DNA of 64,000 nt, taken from the NCBI GenBank assembly GCA_965116605.1, contig OZ220697.1, positions 1,852,766 to 1,916,765 of the forward strand, read 5' to 3'. Source of the stretch: Dehalococcoidia bacterium (GTDB taxonomy: Bacteria > Chloroflexota > Dehalococcoidia > Lucifugimonadales > UBA2962). Positions 42,579 through 50,564 of the stretch are shown piece after piece. Numbering within the stretch: the stretch's first letter is position 1; the number at the start of each line of letters is the position of its first letter. A program made the translations under genes and the position numbers. A model generated the notes under the pieces. The model worked only from the letters and a program-made list of their open reading frames with translations. It was not told the DNA's origin and searched no databases.

Positions 42579-43475
42579 CTAGGCGCCGACGATGGCGCGT
42601 GCGATCTCCGCGGCCAGCTCCCTGGTGCAGGCGGCGATCAGCCACGGCACCCTCTCCGATGAGCGTTCCGGCTCAAAGCGGTAATCGGTCAGCTCTCCCG
42701 TATCGGACGCGGAGAAGACACCCAACGCGCAGGCACTGGCGAATCCCAGGCCCGGATCGATCTCGGTGCGGGGTTCGTCGTACATGACATATGCGTGAGT
42801 CAGACCCCTGGCCAGCCAGGGATAGCTGCAGGCCCCGCCGTCGGTCCACAGCCTGGCCCGAGGGCTTTCCTCCTCCAGGATCGTCAGCAGTCCTGCCGAG
42901 CGGCCCGTCCAGTACCTGACGTAACTCGGGCTCATCAGGTAGGCCGCAATGATCGACTCGTCGGATAGCGTCCTTGCAGTTGAGGGACGAACATCCCTGA
43001 CCTCGCCGCTGTACAGGGACTCGACGGTCACGGCCGAATCGGTGGCCATGTACAGCTCCCTGCGGTTTATGTCAACCGCCCCTGCCATCACCGGAGAGGG
43101 GGACCCCTCGGCCGCGCTCCATACCGTAAGCACACTCCACCACTCGGCGGGCAGCCCGCGCATGAAGTGACCGGAACCGTCGAACGGGTCGCAGGTGATA
43201 AGGAAGGGGGCGGGACCACGGCCTCCGATCCTCCGCCGACTGTGCTCGGAGTACAGCTCTACATCTACACCGCATTCCTCAAGCCAACGCTGCAGAAGGT
43301 CCTCCGAATAGCGGTCCAGCCCGATCTCCACATCCTCTACCTCGGTCCGTCCCGCCACCGGTCCGAGCACGGCGCGCCCCTCGCCTCCGCTGAGGCGGGG
43401 CACTTCCTGCGCCAGCTGTCTGAGGTAGCCGTCAATCGCCCTGCGGAACCCACCCAGCTCGCCAGCACTCATCAC
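42579..43475 (-). CDS. Divergent FBPase/IMPase (FIG) superfamily-like phosphatase
   Basis: The only recognisable element is CDPFDGSGHF, resembling the DP(I/L)DG(S/T) metal-binding motif. The second family motif (WDxAAG) was not found. Confidence 0.4.
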   Translation of the reverse strand: MMSAGELGGFRRAIDGYLRQLAQEVPRLSGGEGRAVLGPVAGRTEVEDVEIGLDRYSEDLLQRWLEECGVDVELYSEHSRRRIGGRGPAPFLITCDPFDGSGHFMRGLPAEWWSVLTVWSAAEGSPSPVMAGAVDINRRELYMATDSAVTVESLYSGEVRDVRPSTARTLSDESIIAAYLMSPSYVRYWTGRSAGLLTILEEESPRARLWTDGGACSYPWLARGLTHAYVMYDEPRTEIDPGLGFASACALGVFSASDTGELTDYRFEPERSSERVPWLIAACTRELAAEIARAIVGA

Positions 43476-43604
43476 CGGGCCGACCTATCGGTTTCGGGCT
43501 CACATGCCATACTGACCGCAGGTGCGCTGCGGGAAGCTCCCCTCCATCCAGCCACTCCGTAGCCGGCGACATCGGCCAGACGGCTCAAGCTGATCGATCC
43601 CCCT

Positions 43605-44216
43605 TCACTGGCTGATGGCAGGTCCGGCGTAGCGCATTCGCTCGGGCAGGTCCTCGATTACGCCCAGTGCCACGGCCGTGCGATGAGCAACAAAGTCGAC
43701 AACCTCCTCGGTCGTCTGCTGTCGCAGGTAGAAGGCTGGCTCAGGCGGAATTATCGTGGCGCCTGCGGCCGCGAGGTCAGCAAGATTCCTGAGGTGAATC
43801 ACGCTTAGGGGCGTCTCCCTTGGCACCACCACCAGCGGCCTGCCCTCCTTGATCGTAACGTCGGCCGCCCGGCGCAGAAGGTTGTCCGCATGCCCGTGCG
43901 CGATCGCGGCGGCCGTTGCCATGCTACACGGCACAACCGCCATACCGGCCGTGGGAAAGGTTCCCGAAGCGATCGAGGCGCGCATGTCTCCTATTGCGCA
44001 GTGGGTGAAGTCTCCCATGCCGGCCCATCGCTCGATCGCCTCGCCGAAAGACTCGTCCATCTCCTCAGTCCAGACCATGCGAGCCGCCGGAGAGGCCGTT
44101 GACACCACGGGCACGCCCCGAGACAGCAGCAGCTCGACGGTCGCCCTTGCCAGTACCGACCCGCTGGCGCCACTCATGCCGACAACCACGGGCCTCGAAT
44201 CGATTCGCGGAGACAT
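43605..44216 (-). CDS. ubiX: Flavin prenyltransferase UbiX (prenyl-FMN synthase)
   Basis: VVGMSGASGSVLA, VVPCSMATAAAIAHGHADNLLRRAADVTIKEGRPLVVVPRETPL. Its ATG at 44216 overlaps the ubiA stop (TGATG). The upstream part of the long track ORF is an out-of-frame shadow of ubiA. Confidence 0.9.
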   Translation of the reverse strand: MSPRIDSRPVVVGMSGASGSVLARATVELLLSRGVPVVSTASPAARMVWTEEMDESFGEAIERWAGMGDFTHCAIGDMRASIASGTFPTAGMAVVPCSMATAAAIAHGHADNLLRRAADVTIKEGRPLVVVPRETPLSVIHLRNLADLAAAGATIIPPEPAFYLRQQTTEEVVDFVAHRTAVALGVIEDLPERMRYAGPAISQ

Positions 44217-45127
44217 CAGACGAACACCGCCGCGGCGGTGCCTGCCAGGACCGTGGAAGCAACGAGGGCGTTGATTCGGAAGAAGGCCATCCCCATTCGC
44301 GACATGTCGCCAGGAGACACCAGTAGGTACTTGTATGACAGGCCGGCCACCGCGGCCGTCCAGCCCAGATAGAAGGGCCATGAAAGCCCCATGGCCAGAC
44401 CCAGGGCCAACAGGGAACCGGAGGCCGCAACGTCCATCGCCCTTGCGACAGTGAACGCACGGCGGACACCGAACCGTCCTGCCACCGAGTGCAGACCACT
44501 GGCCCTGTGAAACTCTTCGTCCTGTGCGTGATAGATGATGTCGAAGCTGCCCGCCCACATGGCGACTGCCACCGACAGCACCACAGGTTCCCAGCTCAGA
44601 GAACCGCGCACACCTATCCATGCCGCTGCGGGAGCGATCGCCAACGCCCAACCCAGCAGCGGGTTTGCCAGATACGTGAAGCGCTTGGTCAAAGGGTAGA
44701 GGGTGAGATATGCGGCGGCGGCGGGAACCAACGCGAGAGCCAGCGTGTTGAGACGCCAGGCCGCCACGGTCAGCACCGCCAGCCCGATCAGGGCCAGTGC
44801 CGCCATGTCGGAGGCGCGAAGGCGGCCGGTGGGAAGGTGCCGGCCGGCGGCGCGGGGGTTGCGCGCATCTATATGCCGGTCTATCAGCCGGTTTGCCGCC
44901 ATTCCCAGGGTTCTGGCGCCAACCATAGCGACGGTGATCCACAGGAACTGGGCCAACGTGGGCAGACCGTCAGCCGCAAGAAACATGCCTGTGTAGGCAA
45001 ACGGCAGTGCGAACAAGCTCTCATGGATCTTGATCGCGTCCGGGAGGTGCCGAAGTCGTCTTGACAGTGGTTCGGGACTGCCTACCACCCGGGGCGAGAG
45101 CGCGGTCAAAGCCCGTACTCCTCCCAT
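44216..45127 (-). CDS. ubiA: UbiA-family aromatic polyprenyltransferase (4-hydroxybenzoate/MqnP-like)
   Basis: Asp-rich motif NRLIDRHIDARNPR(T/A)AGR, multiple TM helices and a second motif region YHAQDEEFD-like. The ATG at 45127 overlaps the ubiD 3' end by 22 nt. Confidence 0.8.
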   Translation of the reverse strand: MGGVRALTALSPRVVGSPEPLSRRLRHLPDAIKIHESLFALPFAYTGMFLAADGLPTLAQFLWITVAMVGARTLGMAANRLIDRHIDARNPRAAGRHLPTGRLRASDMAALALIGLAVLTVAAWRLNTLALALVPAAAAYLTLYPLTKRFTYLANPLLGWALAIAPAAAWIGVRGSLSWEPVVLSVAVAMWAGSFDIIYHAQDEEFHRASGLHSVAGRFGVRRAFTVARAMDVAASGSLLALGLAMGLSWPFYLGWTAAVAGLSYKYLLVSPGDMSRMGMAFFRINALVASTVLAGTAAAVFV

Positions 45128-46560
45128 CGCCTGTCGACCATGCGACGAACCTCTGCGGTCATCACCACATCGTCCGGCCACTGTCTGGGGAACCCGTCCA
45201 TCGCACCCTTGGCCGTGGCATCAATGCCCATCTTGCTCCCATGCCGGTAGGTCGGCGTGGACACGTCCAGATCATCCAGGGGGCCCTCCACGAGCAGTAG
45301 GTCCGTCTCCGGATTGATGTTGGCCGTTACCCTCCAGGCGACCTCCGAAAGGTCGTGAACGTCTACGTCATGGTCGACCACGATGATGGTCTTTGCGAGC
45401 GCCAGAAGGCCAAGGCCCCACAGTGCATGCATGACCTTGCGTGCGTGTCCACGATACTCCTTCCTGATGGACACGATGACCAGATTGTGAAACACGCCCT
45501 CTGCCGGCATGTTGACGTCGACCACCTCGGGCAGCGTTAGCCGCAGGGCGGGCAGGAGGATGCGCTCGGCCGCCTTTCCCATGTAGAAGTCTTCCATCGG
45601 CGGTCTTCCAACCACCGTGGCGGGGTAGATGGGGTCTTTTCTGTGAGTCACTGCGGTCACATGGAAGACGGGGTACTTCTCGGGCAGGGAGTAGTAGCCG
45701 GTATGGTCTCCAAACGGCCCTTCCGTCCTGTACTCACCCGGTACGACGTAGCCCTCAAGTACGATCTCCGCCTCCGCCGGCACCTCCAGCGAGACCGTCT
45801 TGCAGCGCACCAGTTCTACAGGCAAGCCCCGGATGAACCCGGATACCGCGAATTCGTCGACGTCCGGTGGCAGGGGCAGAGAGCCCGTCCATATGGTCGC
45901 GGGGTCTCCCCCCAGCGCCACCGCTACCTCCAGTCGCTCGTCGTTTCGCCTCTCCCCGGAGCGAAAGTGCCTGGCGCCCACCTTGTGGCTTTGCCAGTGC
46001 ATGCCGGCGGTATTGCGGTCGTAGACCTGCATCCGGTAGGTTCCGACGTTCCGGCGCCCGGACTCAGGATCCAGGCTGATCACCAGCGGCAGCGTGATGA
46101 AGCGGCCCGCATCTCCGGGCCAGCACTTCAGAACCGGCAGGGCGCCCAGATCGACCTGTTGTCCCGTGACAACGACCTCCTGGCATGGACCTGAGGCGAC
46201 GATCTTGGGCTGTGATCTGGCCAGACCCAGCAGCCGCCCGGCTGCCGCGACCTTGTCCATCAGCCCGGCCGGAGGGTTCTGGGCCATTTGAAGCAGGTCG
46301 CGGACCCGGTCGGCGATCTCCTCGACATCGTCTACCCCCAGGCCCCAGGCCATCCTCTGGTGGGTGCCGAAGAGGTTGATGGCCACCGGCATGTCATGAC
46401 CGCTCACGTTCTCGAACATGACGGCCGGTCCACCAGCACGCACCGTGCGGTCGACGATCTCCGTGATCTCCAGGTCGGCACTTACCGCGGCGGTCACACG
46501 CCGCAGTTCCCCCCTCTCCTCAAGGAATGAGAGAAAGTCACGAAGATTCCGAAAGCTCAC
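45106..46560 (-). CDS. ubiD: UbiD-family (prenyl-FMN-dependent) decarboxylase
   Basis: FRNLRDFLSFLEERGELRRV, GTYRMQV, and FGDHTGYY. The GTG at 46560 overlaps the upstream stop (GTGA). Confidence 0.85.
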   Translation of the reverse strand: MSFRNLRDFLSFLEERGELRRVTAAVSADLEITEIVDRTVRAGGPAVMFENVSGHDMPVAINLFGTHQRMAWGLGVDDVEEIADRVRDLLQMAQNPPAGLMDKVAAAGRLLGLARSQPKIVASGPCQEVVVTGQQVDLGALPVLKCWPGDAGRFITLPLVISLDPESGRRNVGTYRMQVYDRNTAGMHWQSHKVGARHFRSGERRNDERLEVAVALGGDPATIWTGSLPLPPDVDEFAVSGFIRGLPVELVRCKTVSLEVPAEAEIVLEGYVVPGEYRTEGPFGDHTGYYSLPEKYPVFHVTAVTHRKDPIYPATVVGRPPMEDFYMGKAAERILLPALRLTLPEVVDVNMPAEGVFHNLVIVSIRKEYRGHARKVMHALWGLGLLALAKTIIVVDHDVDVHDLSEVAWRVTANINPETDLLLVEGPLDDLDVSTPTYRHGSKMGIDATAKGAMDGFPRQWPDDVVMTAEVRRMVDRRWEEYGL

Positions 46561-47741
46561 CTGGCCTCTCGCTCCAAGCCCGCGCGAATGACCGAGGACG
46601 ACATGTCCCATCGGAAAACGGATTCAGGCATCTGTTCGAACAGTTCCCCAACGTCGCCGGGCACATCCAGGTCATCGAGGGATCGAAACTCGCCGTCGAC
46701 TTCCCTGCCGGCAACCAGGAACCGGCATCCAGCCGCCCGCACTCTGTCGAGCGCCCGTGAGAGTTCTTCCCCGTCTCCGCCGTAATACGAGGCGTCTACA
46801 ATCCGGGCGGCCGTGTCGTAACCGACCACGAAGGTTTTCCCCGGGAAGAGCCTGGCCTTTTGACTGAATCTGCTCGCCCTTGTGAGGACCACCGCAGATC
46901 CTCCCCGGAGAGTTTCCAGCCTGGCTTCGACCTCTCCCCTGGCCAGCGTGGGCTTATCCACATTTGAGATGGACAGCTCAAAGGTGACATTCATACCCAG
47001 CACGCTCTGGGCCGCTCCCCTCAGCTCGATGTGCCCGCGATGAAGCGGATTGAATGAGCCCGGCATGAGAGCGCCCTCGATCCCGCGCTCGCAGACCATA
47101 GCGCCGTCTTCAGACACGTGCACCCAGTCTACTGCACCGGACAACAGCAGATCGATCGGATGATCGGCGACCTGGGGCCGGCGTTCCACCACAAGCTGCT
47201 CGGCGGGTGAGAGCCGCAAGTCGACGCGCCTGTCTAGGCCAGCGGCGAGCGCGACAGCACGGAGCAGCATGAGGCTGGCGAGCCCTTCCTCGCCTGCGCG
47301 GTCCCTGAGCCCCTTCTCCATTACCACCCCCAGCGATGTCCGACCATCCTCGGTGCGGACCGCCACATGCGCGCGGTGGGAACCACGCCTGGGACGATCT
47401 GAGAGTATCGCGCCCGCACATGACAGGCCGGCCACCGGGTATTCTCCGTCGCGCAAGGCCAGCGCCCTAGCGTAGGCTGCATCCGCCATCTGAGCAGCCG
47501 CGTCGGGCGAAGCCAGTCTCGCCGGCAGGCGCCCCAGCAGGTCCGCGAGAGCGGACCTCGAGTAGGGAACGATAGCCTCAAGCAAGGTGCGCGATGCTCC
47601 CGGCGCGCCCAGCAGGCTCGACAGCGCCTCCGAGCCCGCCCCGGCCACTATGACCACGCATCGAAGTGGCGATCCGTGTATTTCACCGACTAGGTCACGG
47701 ACTTCTGCGTCAATCGCAGAGCGATCCGAGGTGAGCTGCAT
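46557..47741 (-). CDS. Fusion protein: a divergent CinA-C/PncC-like domain (N-terminal) plus an HxGH nucleotidyltransferase (NadD/NMNAT-like) domain (C-terminal)
   Basis: The N-terminal half aligns by eye to PncC (GAPGASRTLLEAIVPYSRSALADLLG versus GSSxxFxGGxVxYSNxxKxxxLGV), but ESCTGG and the YSN..K lysine are not conserved. The C-terminal half has PGSFNPLHRGH (HxGH) and a terminal SSSVIR (ISSTxIR-like). Confidence 0.6.
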   Translation of the reverse strand: MQLTSDRSAIDAEVRDLVGEIHGSPLRCVVIVAGAGSEALSSLLGAPGASRTLLEAIVPYSRSALADLLGRLPARLASPDAAAQMADAAYARALALRDGEYPVAGLSCAGAILSDRPRRGSHRAHVAVRTEDGRTSLGVVMEKGLRDRAGEEGLASLMLLRAVALAAGLDRRVDLRLSPAEQLVVERRPQVADHPIDLLLSGAVDWVHVSEDGAMVCERGIEGALMPGSFNPLHRGHIELRGAAQSVLGMNVTFELSISNVDKPTLARGEVEARLETLRGGSAVVLTRASRFSQKARLFPGKTFVVGYDTAARIVDASYYGGDGEELSRALDRVRAAGCRFLVAGREVDGEFRSLDDLDVPGDVGELFEQMPESVFRWDMSSSVIRAGLEREAR

Positions 47742-48060
47742 CGGAAAAGACTATCATCGCCCGACGTAGACTCTGCAACCGTGGCCTAGCCCCTGTCGCC
47801 CGACGCACGGCCTCCGGCGGACGGGCGAACGACCCCCGAAAGGAGGCGCAAACAGTCACCTTGCTCCCTTTCCGCAGGGATGACGCCGCACAGCACGCAC
47901 GCCCAGCATCTTCGTCGGTCCAGGGTGCCGGACAGGCGCGGTGGAGAAACCGGCCCTGACCACCGATGGGGGGATGCAGCGTTGATTTCTTCCTTGGCGC
48001 TGAGGCTGCAACGTGCGTCTGACCTACGATCTAAACTGACCGGCAAAGGGTTCGCACGCG

Positions 48061-48090
48061 TTGACATGGGTGGATTTGACGACCTAGAAT
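48061..48090 (+). promoter_or_regulatory. Sigma70-type promoter for the ktrB leader
   Basis: TTGACA-(18 nt)-TAGAAT. The predicted TSS near 48097 coincides with the first base of the leader's closing helix. Confidence 0.5.
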
Positions 48091-48096
48091 CCGGGA

Positions 48097-48281
48097 GCCG
48101 AGGACGCCGTGTTACAGGCGCGTATCGGCCGTTACACAGCCCGCAACCATTCTCAGGCATACCCGCCATAAAAGACCGTTCCGAAGACGAAAGGGAGGCT
48201 CGCCCTACAGGCGAATATCGCCGGCGGGGATGGTCACCTAGACGAAAGGGTCGGGACGACCGGCATCCTCGGTCTGAGGAG
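48097..48281 (+). ncRNA. Structured 5' leader of ktrB (candidate riboswitch, class unassigned)
   Basis: Closing helix 48097-48109 / 48261-48273 (12 of 13 positions paired). Duplicated 11-nt core AGACGAAAGGG at 48185-48195 and 48240-48250. CCCGCC 48162-48167 is complementary to GGCGGG 48223-48228. UUCUCAGG 48150-48157 is complementary to the SD region 48273-48280. Confidence 0.4.
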
Positions 48282-48290
48282 ATAGGTCCG

Positions 48291-49658
48291 GTCAGGGTCA
48301 CCGTTGCCAAGGCCAGGGTCCAGTCCCGGCTGTTCGGCTCCCCCCTTGTTCTCCTCTACATCTTTGCCGCCCTGATCGCGCTGGGGACGGCGCTGCTCAT
48401 ACCCCCCTTCGCCCACCACGGGAAGGGCACGACTCCGTTCATGACCGCTCTGTTTACGTCGACCTCGGCCGTGACCGTAACTGGCCTGGTTGTCCAGGAA
48501 ACCAGCACCTACTGGACCCTCTACGGCAAGGCGATCATAACCGCCCTGATGTTCATCGGAGGCCTCGGGATAATGACCCTGGCGGCCTTCCTGATCGTGT
48601 TTTTCGGGCGGAGAGTCTCGCTGTTTCAGAGGCTGTTGATGAAGGAAAGCCTGGGAATACTTCCCGTTAACGAACTCGGGGGACTGGTTGGATTGGCCAT
48701 TCGAATAGTTGCCGTCGCCGTCGCCATTCAGCTGCTCGGATTCATCGTATTGACGCTCCGATTCCTCGCAATTATGGAACCCCTCGATGCGGTCGGGCAC
48801 GGGCTGTTCACGGCCGTTTCCGGCTTCAACGGAGCGGGATTTACCGCCCTGCCCGGCAGTTCGAGTCTATCGGCGTACCAGACCGACGTTATCGTGATCA
48901 TAGCCGTAGGCTCGCTGATCTTTCTTGGCGCCATCAGCCTGTGGGTAATGGCCGACATCGTCGCGCTGCGAAGATTCTCCCTGCTTAGCCTGAATACCAA
49001 GATGGTGCTCGTCGGTACCGCCGCTCTGATACTGCTCGGGGCGGTGACCTTCTTTGCATTCGAATACAGCAGACCGCCCACCCTTCAGGCCCTGTCGGTT
49101 CCTCACAAGGTGCTGGTTTCCGTGTTCGAGTCGATCAGCGGGCGGACGGCGGGCTTTACGACCGTGGACTACGGCAACACCGCCCAGCACACGAATTTCC
49201 TGTTCATCGGACTCATGTTCATCGGAGGGGCATCGGCATCTGTCGCCGGCGGCATAAAGATCAACACCTTCCTGGTAGTGCTGGTGGCCGTGGTCTCAAC
49301 CTTGGAAGGACGCAGGCACGCCAGTGTGTTCGGCCGGGAGATCCCGGCAACCATCGTCCAGCAAGCGATGGTGATCGGCGCGGTGGGATCGGCCGTTGTC
49401 TTCTTCTTTGCGTTTCTGCTCACAGCCGTCGAGAGCGGCTTCGACTTCATAGCTCTTCTGTTCGAAAGCGTGTCGGCCTTCGGCACTGTCGGGCTATCGA
49501 CCGGTGTGACAGGTGACCTGTCGACGTGGGGGCAGTTGATACTGGTGGTTGCGATGATCGTGGGTCGGATCGGTCCGCTCGCGCTGGGTCTCGCCATGAC
49601 CCGATACGCGAAGGGGGAGAACTACAGGTACCCTCGGGAGCAGGTTACAATAGGCTAG
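48291..49658 (+). CDS. ktrB: KtrB/TrkH-family K+ transporter membrane subunit; start codon unresolved (somewhere in 48282-48332)
   Basis: Multiple M1-P-M2 repeats with selectivity-filter-like TSAVTVTGL, SGFNGAGF, SGRTAGF, and SAFGTVGLSTG. The first roughly 137 codons of the track ORF (from 47880) are Arg-rich noise overlying the promoter and leader. Confidence 0.85.
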   Translation, partial: VRVTVAKARVQSRLFGSPLVLLYIFAALIALGTALLIPPFAHHGKGTTPFMTALFTSTSAVTVTGLVVQETSTYWTLYGKAIITALMFIGGLGIMTLAAFLIVFFGRRVSLFQRLLMKESLGILPVNELGGLVGLAIRIVAVAVAIQLLGFIVLTLRFLAIMEPLDAVGHGLFTAVSGFNGAGFTALPGSSSLSAYQTDVIVIIAVGSLIFLGAISLWVMADIVALRRFSLLSLNTKMVLVGTAALILLGAVTFFAFEYSRPPTLQALSVPHKVLVSVFESISGRTAGFTTVDYGNTAQHTNFLFIGLMFIGGASASVAGGIKINTFLVVLVAVVSTLEGRRHASVFGREIPATIVQQAMVIGAVGSAVVFFFAFLLTAVESGFDFIALLFESVSAFGTVGLSTGVTGDLSTWGQLILVVAMIVGRIGPLALGLAMTRYAKGENYRYPREQVTIG

Positions 49659-49713
49659 GCTATTCGCCCCCGGGAGCCGCACACAAGCCAAGGGCGGCCC
49701 GGGCGGGACGGGC

Positions 49714-50370
49714 ATGAAAAAGCAGGTAGTCGTCATAGGTTTGGGCAGGTTCGGCACGCACCTGGCGACATCCCTATACAACATCGGCCATGACGTGCTG
49801 GCCATGGACACCAACGAGGAGAGGGTCCAGCGCATGATGGGCCGGGTCACATATCCGGTAGCCGGAAACGCCACGAACGAGGTGGTCCTCAAGGAGTTGG
49901 GTATCGCCGACTACGATGCCGCAGTGGTGGCCATAGGCACGGATATCGTCTCCAGCATCATGACTTCCGTCCTTCTCAAGACCCTGGGCATCCCTTACAT
50001 CGTATCGAGGGCGCGTAACGAGATTCACGGGAACACGCTGGAGCGCATCGGGGTGGACAAGGTCATCCACGCCGAGGCGGAGATGGGTACGCGGATGGCA
50101 CACAACCTGTTCAATCCCAACGTTCAGGAATACCTTGAGGTGGCGCCGAGCTTCGGGCTCAGCCGACTGAAGATCCCCAACCACTTTGACAACATGACCC
50201 TCCACGACCTGGGCTTTTCAGGGGCCCGGGATGGCAATGGCCTGGTAGTTCTGGCCATTCGACGGGGAGACGACGTCACCCTCAACCCCGACGGAGAGGA
50301 CCGACTGCAGGCGGGCGATCAGGTTGTTATCGCCGGCCGCGACGAACTACTGGACGAGCTGGAATCCTAG
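49714..50370 (+). CDS. ktrA: KtrA/TrkA-type K+ transport regulatory subunit (RCK: TrkA-N plus TrkA-C)
   Basis: VVVIGLGRFGTHLA Rossmann motif and a C-terminal TrkA-C region (L.AGD.VVIAG). Confidence 0.9.
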   Translation: MKKQVVVIGLGRFGTHLATSLYNIGHDVLAMDTNEERVQRMMGRVTYPVAGNATNEVVLKELGIADYDAAVVAIGTDIVSSIMTSVLLKTLGIPYIVSRARNEIHGNTLERIGVDKVIHAEAEMGTRMAHNLFNPNVQEYLEVAPSFGLSRLKIPNHFDNMTLHDLGFSGARDGNGLVVLAIRRGDDVTLNPDGEDRLQAGDQVVIAGRDELLDELES

Positions 50371-50564
50371 GTTCGGATGCAGCCCGGTCGTCGGCCTTGG
50401 CCACGCATGCGGGCAAATGCTCGGATGAAGATGCCGCATGGCAGGCGCCCTCGTCCCCCGATCAATGGGCCCCGCTTACCGAATTTGCGAGCCGACGTTG
50501 TCCCTGAAGGACAAACCCGTCGGGTTGAAGGAGACGCCCAGCTGATGGCCGGAAGAGTGTCGGA

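Noticed and set aside
43605-44942. A 445-aa protein spanning ubiX plus upstream sequence
   Set aside because: Only the C-terminal 203 aa are UbiX-like. The upstream part is an out-of-frame shadow of the UbiA membrane protein, and the ATG at 44216 overlaps the ubiA stop.
48240-48262. Guanidine-II (mini-ykkC) riboswitch, suggested by two ACGA-containing modules
   Set aside because: The ACGA does not sit in a tetraloop closed by a stable GC stem (GGGACGACC gives at most 2 bp in that register). The downstream genes are also K+ transport, not guanidine export.
48097-48281. Calling the ktrB leader a canonical c-di-AMP (ydaO) riboswitch
   Set aside because: Only short strings resemble the ydaO consensus as I remember it. 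The hallmark ...CAGCUAACCUCG... 3' block is absent, and the order of the elements differs. It is kept as an unassigned candidate.
47880-48290. The 137-codon N-terminal extension of the ktrB track ORF (and the ATG at 48066) as real coding sequence
   Set aside because: The extension is Arg-rich low-complexity sequence with no TM segment. It overlaps a near-consensus promoter and a strongly base-paired region. KtrB homologs begin about 12 residues before the first TM helix.
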